DNA of 64,000 nt. Origin: an uncultured delta proteobacterium (GTDB taxonomy: Bacteria > Desulfobacterota > Desulfobacteria > Desulfobacterales > QNYZ01). The notes below the pieces were generated by a model. It worked only from the letters and a program-made list of their open reading frames with translations. It was not told the DNA's origin and did not search any database. The translations under genes were made by a program, and so were the position numbers. Numbering within the stretch: position 1 is the first letter of the stretch; each line of letters begins with the position of its first letter. The stretch spans positions 320,001 to 384,000 of the forward strand of contig CAWJQU010000001.1 of assembly GCA_963845145.1 (NCBI GenBank), written 5' to 3'. Below, in pieces: positions 31,538-41,605 of the stretch.

Positions 31538-32617
31538 ATGGATAACAAAAAACAATTGTGGGTAGCTATCCTGATTGTCTATGGCGCCCTTTTTACAATT
31601 TCCGTCTCGGGAAACCAAGAAACCGCTACAATGTTGACAATGGCTGGTATTCTGTTGATTGTACCTTTTTTTGCTAGCCGATATGCAATACGTGATTTAG
31701 GTGGCGATAGCTATATCAGCTGGTTTTTTTTGAGTATGATCCCTATGGTGCCTATTGTCTTGGCACTTGAAAAACGTTCTAAACCTCGGGAGTTTGATTC
31801 CGAACAATTGTTGGCAGGCAGATCTCCCCAATCTTATCAATTAGGTGATCTGGAGGTTATATTCAGACCAAAGCCCCATCTGTATTTAAGCTGGAAAATT
31901 TTAAGCTCGATCCTTCTTTTTCCCGCCGCACCCATTTTTTTATGGTTATTTCATAAATTTGAAAAAAAAATGAAATCCCGATGGGTTGCTGTGTTCTCCA
32001 ACGGTCTTGTCTCTGCGATGGTTAAGGGGAAACCAATGATTACCAAATGGTTGAATATACATGAGGTCTGGCAAGATTTTAATGACCAGTATTTAAATGG
32101 CGTGCGGACCCATCACCGACGTCGCTGCAGAATTGTGCTGGATAGTAATGACAAGTCCATGGAATTTACTGAGAGAATTAAAGGCATTGAAGAACTTACA
32201 GCCACCATACATGAAAGAGTTACACGCGACTTGGTTAAAAAAATGGGTGCGACTTTTTCAAAGCAAGGGCATCTGAATTTTGGTAGAATTGAACTGACTA
32301 AACAAGGCATTACCCTAAAAAACCAGTTGCTACCGTGGGAAGACCTTGCTGGTATATATATGGATAGTGGATTTGTAGTGATAGCAAAGGTAAGCCTTTC
32401 AAAAGGAGAAGCCAGATTAAAGAATGCTGGGAATCGAATGTCTGCAGTCGCTTCCAGAATAATCGGTACGGCACAACCCTTGTCTCCGGGTGGAGAAACC
32501 GTCATCTGGAAAAAAACACCAATCAACAAAACACCAAACCCCTACACACTGACAATCATAGCGATTGAATTGTTACAACAAACGAACATCCAAAGTACGG
32601 TTACCAAAGCCAATTAA
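31538..32617 (+). CDS. Membrane protein with a C-terminal PH-like (DUF6585-like) region
   Basis: N-terminal TM helices; FG.IEL...GI.....LPWE pattern. Confidence 0.65.
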   Translation: MDNKKQLWVAILIVYGALFTISVSGNQETATMLTMAGILLIVPFFASRYAIRDLGGDSYISWFFLSMIPMVPIVLALEKRSKPREFDSEQLLAGRSPQSYQLGDLEVIFRPKPHLYLSWKILSSILLFPAAPIFLWLFHKFEKKMKSRWVAVFSNGLVSAMVKGKPMITKWLNIHEVWQDFNDQYLNGVRTHHRRRCRIVLDSNDKSMEFTERIKGIEELTATIHERVTRDLVKKMGATFSKQGHLNFGRIELTKQGITLKNQLLPWEDLAGIYMDSGFVVIAKVSLSKGEARLKNAGNRMSAVASRIIGTAQPLSPGGETVIWKKTPINKTPNPYTLTIIAIELLQQTNIQSTVTKAN

Positions 32618-32651
32618 ATCATCAATAAATAGCCTACATGGAGAAGGAAAA

Positions 32652-33290
32652 ATGAAATTTTCAAAAAAAAAATGGTTGGTTCGTCTTGGCTTGATAAGCC
32701 TTATTGGTTTATCGATTGCTTTCTTTAACGCGTGTGGCGGCAGTGATGACGATGATTATGATGATGGTTTTGATCCGCCTACCGCTGATCACTACGACCA
32801 GTTAAATTATACCACCTTGAAGAAAGTGTGCAGAGGTGTCGGCGTACCGGGAGCGGGTAATTACAACAGAAGTATACCCGGCCCACACCCGGTGATGCTT
32901 TCCTACACAAGTGCCTATTTTAACCCTCCCAGCGGCTCCGCTCCCACACGGGACTGGTGGGAGCGTCTTCCAAATCATTGGTATTATGACCATAAAGAAT
33001 CAATTTCTAATATTGAACTCGTTGCCTGTGTTTCAGATGATTATGATATCATCGTTGGCGGACCCTGCGCATACAATATCGGCTCGGATATATACTTTGC
33101 AAAACATGCCCGCGACATTGTATTGAGAAATGCACGCACCGCCCAGGTCGTCGCCAGAAAAACATTCGAGGGATCATCACCCGCTTTGAATTGCCCCCAA
33201 ACAGCACCCATAAGTCAAACGAGAGAATATGGAGGGTACTATTCCTATGAACAAGTTCAAGGATGGCTCAATCCTTATGTTTATCCTTAA
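32652..33290 (+). CDS. Hypothetical lipoprotein
   Basis: Start reassigned to ATG 32652 after AAGGA; lipobox FNA-C followed by an acidic GGSDDDD linker. Confidence 0.8.
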   Translation: MKFSKKKWLVRLGLISLIGLSIAFFNACGGSDDDDYDDGFDPPTADHYDQLNYTTLKKVCRGVGVPGAGNYNRSIPGPHPVMLSYTSAYFNPPSGSAPTRDWWERLPNHWYYDHKESISNIELVACVSDDYDIIVGGPCAYNIGSDIYFAKHARDIVLRNARTAQVVARKTFEGSSPALNCPQTAPISQTREYGGYYSYEQVQGWLNPYVYP

Positions 33291-33428
33291 ACGGTATGGA
33301 ATGAGAGTGTAATGAATACCATTCCAGGCTGGCCTTCAAATGTCGGATCAACCATTGAAATGAAAATATTCAAAATCGGCAATAAATGCCTATTTATTCA
33401 AACCCACATCATAAAAACGAGGTGATAG

Positions 33429-33986
33429 ATGAAAAAAACAATTTTGCTTATTACACTTTTGCTTCTTTTGACTGGCTGTGCAACGACGAATATGACCAAA
33501 CCGGACATGGCTCCCGCTCTGACTTTTCAACCAAATAAGGCTACGCTCGTTATCCTTCGTGAGACTAGTTTCGGGGGCGCCATTGCATTTTGGAATTACC
33601 TTGATCGCAAACTCATTGGAGAAACCACTGGAAGATCATATTTTATTACCCAGGTGGAACCGGGGGAACATTATGTTGTCGTTTCCGTTGAAAACACAGC
33701 GGTAGCAAAATTCAATTTTAAAGCCGGTAAAACATATTTCCTCGGGGAAGGTGTTACTATGGGTGTTTGGCGGGCTAGAACGTCAGGTTTTTATCCTATG
33801 ACCAAAGAAGCCGCTGAGAAAGCGATGCAAAAATGCACTTATCTGGAGTATCACCCCACAGTAGCCCAAGAAGATATGGAACAAAGCGCATACAAAGAAG
33901 CAATAGGCGCCTACCAAAAGGATGTTAATGAGAACCCCGATGCTTATAAGGATATATTGGCGTACGATGGTGTTTTGATGCAATGA
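33429..33986 (+). CDS. Lipoprotein (DUF2846-like)
   Basis: GAGGTG RBS; lipobox LLTG-C; A.LVI.R, Y....VEPGEH and AGKTYF patterns. Confidence 0.8.
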   Translation: MKKTILLITLLLLLTGCATTNMTKPDMAPALTFQPNKATLVILRETSFGGAIAFWNYLDRKLIGETTGRSYFITQVEPGEHYVVVSVENTAVAKFNFKAGKTYFLGEGVTMGVWRARTSGFYPMTKEAAEKAMQKCTYLEYHPTVAQEDMEQSAYKEAIGAYQKDVNENPDAYKDILAYDGVLMQ

Positions 33987-34074
33987 AATAATCATTTTTT
34001 AAAGCATTTTTCAACCATCATTCTCTCCTTAGTGCGAGGTATATCCTTAGTATAGGGGATAGAAAGGAACCACA

Positions 34075-34626
34075 ATGAAACGAATATTTGGCCTAAATAA
34101 AATATTACTTCTTCCGCTTATAGCTGGTATCATTACCGGTTGTTCCGCACTCCCATCGATAAAAACCTATTCTGGGGCAGAGCCCTCTATAAATGATATT
34201 GCCAGAATAAAGGTTTTGGCTATGCCATGGGGTAATGTTCCTCCCTCGGAAGTTTATTTAAATAACAAGAAAATTTCATCTAACTCTACGCCATATAATT
34301 ACTTGATTAAACTGATGCCTGGGAAACACCATATTAAGTGGACAATGAATTTAAACAACAAAACAACCCATACAAAAGATGGATTCTTCAATGCTGAAGC
34401 GGCAAACTACTACCAAATATTCACGTTGCCTATCCTGCGCTTTGATAAACAAGTTAATAAACATGGATATACTTACAAGCAGTACGATGTTAAAGGTTTT
34501 TATAGCTATCTTTATGATTTTACAAACTGTAAAACATTATTTGGTGAAAAACCGAAAAAAAACACCCTATTTATGGGCTACTCTGTTATTACAGAGTGCA
34601 TTAAGGAAGATGAGTCCAAATGGTAG
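34075..34626 (+). CDS. Hypothetical lipoprotein
   Basis: AAGGA RBS; lipobox ITG-C; TYSG and L.PG.H patterns. Confidence 0.78.
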   Translation: MKRIFGLNKILLLPLIAGIITGCSALPSIKTYSGAEPSINDIARIKVLAMPWGNVPPSEVYLNNKKISSNSTPYNYLIKLMPGKHHIKWTMNLNNKTTHTKDGFFNAEAANYYQIFTLPILRFDKQVNKHGYTYKQYDVKGFYSYLYDFTNCKTLFGEKPKKNTLFMGYSVITECIKEDESKW

Positions 34627-34701
34627 TCTGTTAATAGCTAATAACCGTAGGACTGATGTCATTAGTGATTTGTAAAAGTGGTTTAGGGAAAGAAAATGTA
34701 T

Positions 34702-34740
34702 TTTGAAAACCCGATACGAATTCTGTACCGGGTTTTCAAA
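34702..34740. terminator. Bidirectional intrinsic terminator
   Basis: TTTGAAAACCCG...CGGGTTTTCAAA between convergent units. Confidence 0.75.
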
Positions 34741-34768
34741 TAGAGGAAAAGTTGAAGTCAAACAAAAA

Positions 34769-35452
34769 CTATGCAATATCTTGAGTAGTACTCTCACCTT
34801 TCAATAGTGATAGTCCTCTAGTCAGCTCCATTAAAACCCCCATACCCTTTTTAACCTCGCTATCGCCCAATGCACCCAAAAGGCCGAATAGACCGACATC
34901 TTTCGCCTGAGATGGATCTACCTGCCCCGGAATTTCAGCCGCCTTTGATAGAAAGGCCACAGCCTGTGGTTCCGTTACCTTTTTCAGAGCCCCCGCCAAC
35001 GTCACCATACCGCTACCGATCTGTTCCAAGTCTTCGGTTGAAAAAGAGGCGCTGATATTTTTCACAATGTCAAGGGATGCACTCAAAAGGCGAAATACGC
35101 CTTTTTGTTCGAGCTCACCCAGGTAAAAAATTATCTGGGGAACCGTGGTTTTAAGCATCGGCTCGGCCGTTTGAACAAAATCGATAATGTTCTTGAGCTG
35201 ATCCAGGGTATAGTTTAAATTATTGACGTTGCGTAGCATTTTTTTGACCAGATAGGTCAAGTCTTCCAGTTGAAAGTCCGCCTCGATATCCGCCAGTCCC
35301 ACGATTAAGGCTTGCACTGCTTCGTTGACCCGTGGCGTCAGTTCTTCTTTTAATTCGCGCATGGACCGTGCTGATTCAGCCACCGGCGCCACCTGGGCCT
35401 CCAAACGGTCCAACCGTTCAAGTATTAATTCTTCCTGAGTCATTTTTACCAC
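34769..35452 (-). CDS. DUF1641-domain protein
   Basis: Helical protein ending in VGLFGLLGALGDSEVKKGMG; directly downstream of an SQR-like gene. Confidence 0.82.
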   Translation of the reverse strand: MVKMTQEELILERLDRLEAQVAPVAESARSMRELKEELTPRVNEAVQALIVGLADIEADFQLEDLTYLVKKMLRNVNNLNYTLDQLKNIIDFVQTAEPMLKTTVPQIIFYLGELEQKGVFRLLSASLDIVKNISASFSTEDLEQIGSGMVTLAGALKKVTEPQAVAFLSKAAEIPGQVDPSQAKDVGLFGLLGALGDSEVKKGMGVLMELTRGLSLLKGESTTQDIA

Positions 35453-35459
35453 CTCCCGT

Positions 35460-36695
35460 CTAGGCGACCTTGCGAATTTTCCCGGCCAGGTTCATCTGGG
35501 GTTCCAAGGGCAGATCAAGCCCCTTCATCATCAGGTTCCAGTACACCCACCGGAACATCATTTTTCCCCAGTAATTGTTTAAGCTATCCTGCAGCAGGCT
35601 AAACGGCCCCATGCCGGGAAAAGGGAACTTACCGGGTAATGGCTCGACATCGTAGTTGAAATCGAGAAGTATCGCTTTTTCGAAACCGGAAGCCAGAAAA
35701 CAGGTGGCATGGCCGTCAAATTGTTTCGTGGCCTTGTGCCCATCGATTTCCCGCAACAGGTTCTCCACGAGCGTGTAAGCCTCGTAATGTGCGACAGAAC
35801 CTGCTTTTGAGGTCGGCACGTTGGTCGTATCACCGATCACAAATATACGATCAAAATTTTCCGCTTTTAAGGTGCCATTGTCTGTGGCCACAAATCCGAC
35901 CGGATCACTGATCTCTGAGTCAATTAACACCTGGTCTCCCATATTGGGGGGTATCGCGACAAGCAGGTCGTAACCGACCTTGTCACCTTTATGGGATTCA
36001 ATGGTTTTTTCATTTACGTTGACTTGGGCCAGATCAAAATAAGGCGTGACCTTAATATTTTTTTTCACGGCGAATTCTGCCAATATCTTGGCCGCCACGG
36101 GCTTGGTAAACACATTGTCCAGCGGCGTAACCAACTCAATATCAACTTTATCGCGAACACCATTGACGGTGAAAAACCAATCAGCCATGAAGACGAATTC
36201 CAACGGTGCAATGGGACATTTATAGGGAATCTCGGCGATATTGAGTACAATTTTCCCGGAATCAAAATATTTGAGTTGTTTATGAAGGGCGAGCGCTCCG
36301 CCTAACGTATAGTAATCAAAAATATCTTTGCGCCAACCATCCATCATACCATCAATTTCCTCCGGCGCGATATCGCATCCAGTGGCAATAATCAGCCAAT
36401 CGTATTCATAACGACCACCTTTTTCCGTTTCCACTTGTCGTGTCTCGGCATCGATTCGGGTAATATTATCGTGCACGAAATCAACACCTTTGGGGATAAA
36501 CTCTTTCTTCGGTTTTAGTACATCCTGTTCGCCATATACGCCGAAAGGAATAAACAAATAACCGGCCTGATAGTGATGCTGCTCTTTTCGATCAATAATG
36601 GTCATTTCCCATTCCGATTCGGGCAGTTCCTTACGAAGCATATTGGCCACAATCGTACCGCCGGCGCCGGATCCAAGGATAAGAATTTTTCTCAT
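35460..36695 (-). CDS. sqr: Sulfide:quinone oxidoreductase-like flavoprotein (short, type III-like)
   Basis: ILILGSGAGG, HHYQAG, YKCPIAPLE, IGDT...PTSKAGSVAH and FDGHATCF, which include the two redox cysteines. Confidence 0.85.
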   Translation of the reverse strand: MRKILILGSGAGGTIVANMLRKELPESEWEMTIIDRKEQHHYQAGYLFIPFGVYGEQDVLKPKKEFIPKGVDFVHDNITRIDAETRQVETEKGGRYEYDWLIIATGCDIAPEEIDGMMDGWRKDIFDYYTLGGALALHKQLKYFDSGKIVLNIAEIPYKCPIAPLEFVFMADWFFTVNGVRDKVDIELVTPLDNVFTKPVAAKILAEFAVKKNIKVTPYFDLAQVNVNEKTIESHKGDKVGYDLLVAIPPNMGDQVLIDSEISDPVGFVATDNGTLKAENFDRIFVIGDTTNVPTSKAGSVAHYEAYTLVENLLREIDGHKATKQFDGHATCFLASGFEKAILLDFNYDVEPLPGKFPFPGMGPFSLLQDSLNNYWGKMMFRWVYWNLMMKGLDLPLEPQMNLAGKIRKVA

Positions 36696-36872
36696 GATCG
36701 CCTCCTTCTTTCGTGTTGGTGTTGGTGGGGTCGTCCGCTTTGGCCATTCATAGGGCCTTGCGAGGAATGTATTAGGATAAGACCGAGATCATATTCGCGC
36801 CGCAAGCGATGCATCTCAGTACCGCGCTTGATACAGCCACAGCCGGGATTATCTCGGTGAAAAATGCGCCGG

Positions 36873-38012
36873 CTATTTTCTTAAGCGAGCAATGATATCC
36901 GGAAGCAACGTGAGCACGTGATGAATATCATCCTCGCGGTTCAATCGACCCAGGGAGAAACGAATGCTTCCGCCTGCCGTTTCCGATGAAAGGCCCATGG
37001 CGGTAAGAACATGCGATACACCCGTCGATCCAGAGGAGCAGGCCGCACCGGTGGAAACGGCAACGCCCTTACTGTCCAGGATATATAAAAGGGCTTCACC
37101 GTCCACCGCATGGAAACTGATATTGGTGAGGTTGGGTAATCTTTCTTGTTTGTGCCCGTTGATCTGAACCCGATCTATGTTTTCGCAAATACCGTCTTCC
37201 AGTATTGATCGAAGGCGATGCATCTCTGCAAAAAAATCGTTTCGTTCTCCTCCGGCCAGTTCCATGGCTTTTGTCAACCCGATTATAGATGCCACATTTT
37301 CCGTACCCGGCCGATAACCACGTTCGTGGTGACCCCCGAAAAAGAGAGGGGTAAATTTCGTACGATGATTTACGTATAAAAGCCCGATACCTTTGGGTCC
37401 ATGGATTTTATGGCCTGCAACGGTAAGAAGGTCTACATTTAGATCTTCCACCTTTACCGATATTTTGCCTATGGCCTGAACCGCGTCGGTATGCAGGGGA
37501 ATGCCTCTTGCTTTGGTTATCTCTCCAATCGTTTGAATTGGTTGAAGTGTTCCCACCTCATTGTTGGCCAACATGATCGAAACCAGGATGGTGCTCGGCC
37601 TTATCGCAGCCTCAACGACCTGTGGATCAATGCGGCCATCCGAATCGACGGGAAGGTAATCGACGTCATAGCCTTGCTGCTCTAAATGGCGACAACTGTT
37701 CAGGACGGCTGGGTGCTCAATGGCAGAAGTAATAATATGTCGACCCGAATCGCCTTGAGAACGCGCCACGCCCAATATCGCCAGATTGTCCGATTCGGTC
37801 CCGCCCGATGTAAAATAGATCTCATCAAAGCGCGCACCCAGAATACCGGCCACCCTTTTCCGCGCATTCTCCAAATCTTTCCGCGCCTTTTGCCCAACAC
37901 CGTGAATACTTGAAGCGTTGCCGAAAAACTCGGAAAAATAGGGTTGCATCGCTTCAAAGACTTCGGAACGAACAGGTGTCGTGGCGCTATGGTCAAGATA
38001 AATGTTTCTCAT
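36873..38012 (-). CDS. iscS: Cysteine desulfurase (NifS/IscS family)
   Basis: YLDHSATTP, FTSGGTESDN, HTDAVQ, GHKIHGPKG and GAACSSGS (catalytic Cys). Confidence 0.9.
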   Translation of the reverse strand: MRNIYLDHSATTPVRSEVFEAMQPYFSEFFGNASSIHGVGQKARKDLENARKRVAGILGARFDEIYFTSGGTESDNLAILGVARSQGDSGRHIITSAIEHPAVLNSCRHLEQQGYDVDYLPVDSDGRIDPQVVEAAIRPSTILVSIMLANNEVGTLQPIQTIGEITKARGIPLHTDAVQAIGKISVKVEDLNVDLLTVAGHKIHGPKGIGLLYVNHRTKFTPLFFGGHHERGYRPGTENVASIIGLTKAMELAGGERNDFFAEMHRLRSILEDGICENIDRVQINGHKQERLPNLTNISFHAVDGEALLYILDSKGVAVSTGAACSSGSTGVSHVLTAMGLSSETAGGSIRFSLGRLNREDDIHHVLTLLPDIIARLRK

Positions 38013-38021
38013 TGCGATGGG

Positions 38022-38600
38022 CTATTTTTTAATAAGCTTTAAGGCCGGGTCCGACGAAACGATATAATAGATATTGCCGGAGGACATATCCCCTTTGGCA
38101 TCCATAATCGGCACACTACTGTTTAGTTTGACCGTGGCCAGAATCATCGGTGGATCTCGCTTTTTCTTCGCGGCTTTAAAGGCTTCGGAAGAGATGGTGC
38201 CTTCTTGGTTCCAGGCCCAATAAATAACCTTATCGTGGCTGAAAACCGTCGGTTTACCATAATCAAGGAACAAGTTCCCCACAAAGTCCTGAATCTGTTT
38301 GCGAGTGGCCCCGACATGATCCTCGTATAAAATGATGACCCGATCGGTTTCTTTTAGAGCCACAATATAGAGACGACCGTCCTTAAATTTAAAAAGGTTT
38401 GGGTTGTCAATATTTTCGGAATGTTGCCGGGCGGTCAGTCTTTGCTCATCCGTCAGGGGTTTTCCCAAAACATAACCCCCGCGGCTTATATTTAGGGCCG
38501 CCACCTGATCCAGCAGCAAGCTTAGTTCATTGGCCGACGCACCCGTGGCCGCCAAAACGAACAACCACAATGTGGTAGCTGTTATAAATATCCATCTCAT
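38022..38600 (-). CDS. Hypothetical periplasmic protein
   Basis: Signal peptide MRWIFI...GASA; start reassigned to ATG 38600. Confidence 0.72.
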   Translation of the reverse strand: MRWIFITATTLWLFVLAATGASANELSLLLDQVAALNISRGGYVLGKPLTDEQRLTARQHSENIDNPNLFKFKDGRLYIVALKETDRVIILYEDHVGATRKQIQDFVGNLFLDYGKPTVFSHDKVIYWAWNQEGTISSEAFKAAKKKRDPPMILATVKLNSSVPIMDAKGDMSSGNIYYIVSSDPALKLIKK

Positions 38601-38621
38601 ATTTATTCTCAAAAAACAAGG

Positions 38622-38658
38622 CCGCCCCAATCCGTATTTGAATCGCGGACAGGGGCGG
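38622..38658 (-). terminator. Stem-loop downstream of the octaheme cytochrome gene (terminator or mRNA stabiliser)
   Basis: CCGCCCC..TCCG/CGGA..GGGGCGG stem followed on the minus strand by CCTTGTTTTTT. Confidence 0.5.
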
Positions 38659-38679
38659 GAAAAAATGAGCCGGTAAAAA

Positions 38680-40278
38680 TTATTGTTGTTTACCGCCGTA
38701 GCGCATTCGCTGTTCTTCTTCGATGAGTTTCATTGTCTCCGCGCTTCCACCGGTACGTTTCCAGATATGCTCCGGTTTCGCCATCAGGTCGGCAATGAAT
38801 TTCTTATACTTCTCTCCCTTGCCGGCATGATCTGCCAGTTCCTGAACTTCCGGCAAAAATTCTTGGTAGAAGTTACGGGAAATTTCGTACATGCCATGCC
38901 AATGGACGTAATCCGGTGCAAACATCGCCGCCGCCATACGGGCGCGTCGGCCTTCGTGGTGCCAAAGTTCAAACCAGGTGTATCCCAGTTTGTTCTGAAA
39001 TCCCGAATTTTTCCAGATTCCGTCTTTTTTCAACATTTTAACAATTTGCAGTCCCGGTTTGGCGAACTTGTCATTGTATAGATTAACCAGATCATCCAGT
39101 TGACCGTAAAAATTCTGGATATGGTTGACGCCATGGCAGGACTTACACACCTCCTGCATATTTGACCGTCGTTCCTTCCAGGAGACTACGGACGCGATGG
39201 TTTTTTCGGCGATCACTTTTTTGAGTTTGTCACCTTCCCGGACATAACTCTTGGCCTTGGCCGTCTGTCCCGGCCGAGGTGCAATATCGCCGGTGATATC
39301 CGACACCGTGCCATCGTTGAAGGTTACCCGGTTCAATTTACTGGAAACCACGGCGCGCAGGTTCCAGGAAATCCGGTCGCCCGGGTTGTGGGTGTTCTTC
39401 GCCACAGCGCCGTTGAGTTTGATAAACGACCCCATATGGCAAGTGGAACAGGTCGGGGCATAATGGTAATCGTCCCCCAGGACCCATTTACCATCCTTCA
39501 TGATGTTCATGCCGCCTTTTCCCTCACCCCGCATGGCCGAAGCAAAAGAGATACCGTGCTTGGACTCTTCATAGATCTCTTTCTGGGGGTGATCCGGGCC
39601 CAGATGGCATTTACCGCAATTATCCGGCTGTCGGGCCGTGCTGGCCCGGAACGAATGCCGCGTATGACAGGCATTACAGGTTCCTTTTGATCCATCCGGA
39701 TTAATCCGTCCGATACCACTGTTGGGATAGGTATTATAATCCATCTGTGGTGCATCGGTTTTCGAGCGAAGCGTTTTCCCGTCTTTGTCACGCTTTAACG
39801 TCACGACGGAGCCATGGCACTGCCAGCAGCCACTGGTCATGTTGCCCTTATTATCTGGCATGCCGCCGATCACTTCAGCCAGCATATTATCCAATGAGGC
39901 CATGATCTCACCGGCGGTTGCATGATGAGAAAGAGCCATTTCCTTGGCTTCGGGTTCATGGCATTTGGCACAATCATTGGGGCTTAAAATCGCTTTGATG
40001 AATGCCCCTTCGTGCATATAACCCACTTCGTCACCCTGCTCGGCCGCATGGCAATTATAACAGCCAACCTGTCCTTCTTTGGCGGCGGCATGGGCTGAAT
40101 TTTCCCACTGGAGCACAATGGATTTATTTTCTTTCAAATGGCAGGTAATGCATTTCTTGTTCATTTCCTGGTTCTTGGGGTTTTTCACGTCAAAGGATTC
40201 CTGCGTCAGGCCAAATGCCGTCCCCGCCGTGAAAACCACCAAGACAAGCATGATCAGTGTTGATCTGATGGTAATCAT
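38680..40278 (-). CDS. Octaheme cytochrome c of the hydroxylamine oxidoreductase family (epsilonHao-like)
   Basis: Sec signal; eight CxxCH motifs (CITCH, CYNCH, CAKCH, CWQCH, CNACH, CGKCH, CSTCH, CKSCH); GIGRINPDGSKG, GPDHPQKEIYEESKHG and WHHEGRRARM...APDY.HWHG motifs. Confidence 0.9.
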   Translation of the reverse strand: MITIRSTLIMLVLVVFTAGTAFGLTQESFDVKNPKNQEMNKKCITCHLKENKSIVLQWENSAHAAAKEGQVGCYNCHAAEQGDEVGYMHEGAFIKAILSPNDCAKCHEPEAKEMALSHHATAGEIMASLDNMLAEVIGGMPDNKGNMTSGCWQCHGSVVTLKRDKDGKTLRSKTDAPQMDYNTYPNSGIGRINPDGSKGTCNACHTRHSFRASTARQPDNCGKCHLGPDHPQKEIYEESKHGISFASAMRGEGKGGMNIMKDGKWVLGDDYHYAPTCSTCHMGSFIKLNGAVAKNTHNPGDRISWNLRAVVSSKLNRVTFNDGTVSDITGDIAPRPGQTAKAKSYVREGDKLKKVIAEKTIASVVSWKERRSNMQEVCKSCHGVNHIQNFYGQLDDLVNLYNDKFAKPGLQIVKMLKKDGIWKNSGFQNKLGYTWFELWHHEGRRARMAAAMFAPDYVHWHGMYEISRNFYQEFLPEVQELADHAGKGEKYKKFIADLMAKPEHIWKRTGGSAETMKLIEEEQRMRYGGKQQ

Positions 40279-40417
40279 CTAATTATCACCCTCCTTCCTA
40301 TACAAGACCGTTGGTAGGCAACATATTGCGCCTTAAGATTTTGACCTCGCTGTTCTTTCCCTTGCCGTCGCTACCCCATCACCTCCTTTAGTACGCGCTT
40401 TGTCAATCATCTTACAT

Positions 40418-41605
40418 CTACGATGCTTCACTTTTACCTTTAACCCACAAAGGGAAGATCTTGCTCAATACGAACAAGAAGATAAATGGTACAATCATAA
40501 TTAGAACCACGGCAATAATGCCTTCTTTGTCGAACCACTCGGGATGAAATTCGGTATACCCTCGGGCGCTTTTAGACATCAACTGCCCACCTATAATCAC
40601 ATTCCATCGCATAAAAAGGACTTGTAGCAAAAGCACAAAGGAAACCACAGCCGCCCCCATGACATAGGTTGATTCTTTCACCTTAAAAAAGACCAGCCAG
40701 CCCAGAACCAACAATGGGCCGAGGGAGCAAACGCCCACCTGCATGATCCAGAAAGAGAAAAATAGCGGTCCGTTTAACAGCCCTTCCACCATATGGTGGT
40801 AACCGGTTCGCAGATAGGAATGTGAAAAAACTTCTAGCATCTCAAAAGAAAACGCCAGAATAAAAAAGCCGAACAGCGTGTTGATCAGGGTCTTAACGCA
40901 CGCCGCATCAACGACCTTCTCACGAAAACGTTTGATAACGATGTAGGCGAGGATAATACCGGAAATTCCCGAAACGCAGGCTGAGAAAAGAAAGATCACC
41001 GGCATCAACGGTGTGGACCATGAGGGGTTGGCCTTCACGCCGCCGAATAAAAACCCCACATAGCCATGGAATATCGTCGCCACCGGAATCCCCAGAGCAG
41101 CAAGGAATCGAATCACCTTTTGGTCCAGGGCCAAAGCGTCAGTAGACAGGTTTTCGCTGCCGAATGTCAGCAACTGATAGAATAGGCGCTTAATCCCTTT
41201 GGATTGTTGCTGTTGTCTAACTAAATAGGGTCGATAGAGAAACAGGATTAATAATAGTAAAACTGAAATCGTCACCATAAAGAGATAGCCCCCGCCGGCC
41301 ATGGCCGATGACGGGCTGGGGGTGACCATCATATTGATATTTCGCTCGGGGCGGCCCAAGTGTGCCATCACCGGCAGTCCCACGCACATAAGAAAAGAGA
41401 GAGCAAATATCAGGGAAAATCGGGCGATGGGTTTTAAGCTTTTAACGCCGAAAACGTAATACAAGGCGGCCACAATGAAGGCGCCATCCACCAACCCGCT
41501 CAAGTACGGGTACAAAACGATCATCATACTCCAGTGGACATGCAGATCATTGGGAAACACGTAGTTAGAAATGAGATAAGAAGCGCCTCCGTGAACAGGG
41601 TTCAT
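40418..41605 (-). CDS. nrfD: NrfD/PsrC-family quinol-interacting membrane subunit
   Basis: W...IVLYPY, HLGRPER, HGYVGFLF, W.TPLMP and RWNVIIGGQ motifs; about 10 TM segments. Confidence 0.88.
   Translation of the reverse strand: MNPVHGGASYLISNYVFPNDLHVHWSMMIVLYPYLSGLVDGAFIVAALYYVFGVKSLKPIARFSLIFALSFLMCVGLPVMAHLGRPERNINMMVTPSPSSAMAGGGYLFMVTISVLLLLILFLYRPYLVRQQQQSKGIKRLFYQLLTFGSENLSTDALALDQKVIRFLAALGIPVATIFHGYVGFLFGGVKANPSWSTPLMPVIFLFSACVSGISGIILAYIVIKRFREKVVDAACVKTLINTLFGFFILAFSFEMLEVFSHSYLRTGYHHMVEGLLNGPLFFSFWIMQVGVCSLGPLLVLGWLVFFKVKESTYVMGAAVVSFVLLLQVLFMRWNVIIGGQLMSKSARGYTEFHPEWFDKEGIIAVVLIMIVPFIFLFVLSKIFPLWVKGKSEAS

Noticed and set aside
30786..34626. Integron cassette array
   Set aside because: No attC-like repeats in the spacers and no integrase in the window.
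40290..40410. Small ORF or orphan Shine-Dalgarno (AAAGGAGGTGA) between nrfD and the octaheme gene
   Set aside because: It leads only to Met-Gly-stop; the overlapping 25-codon frame has no RBS or recognisable features.
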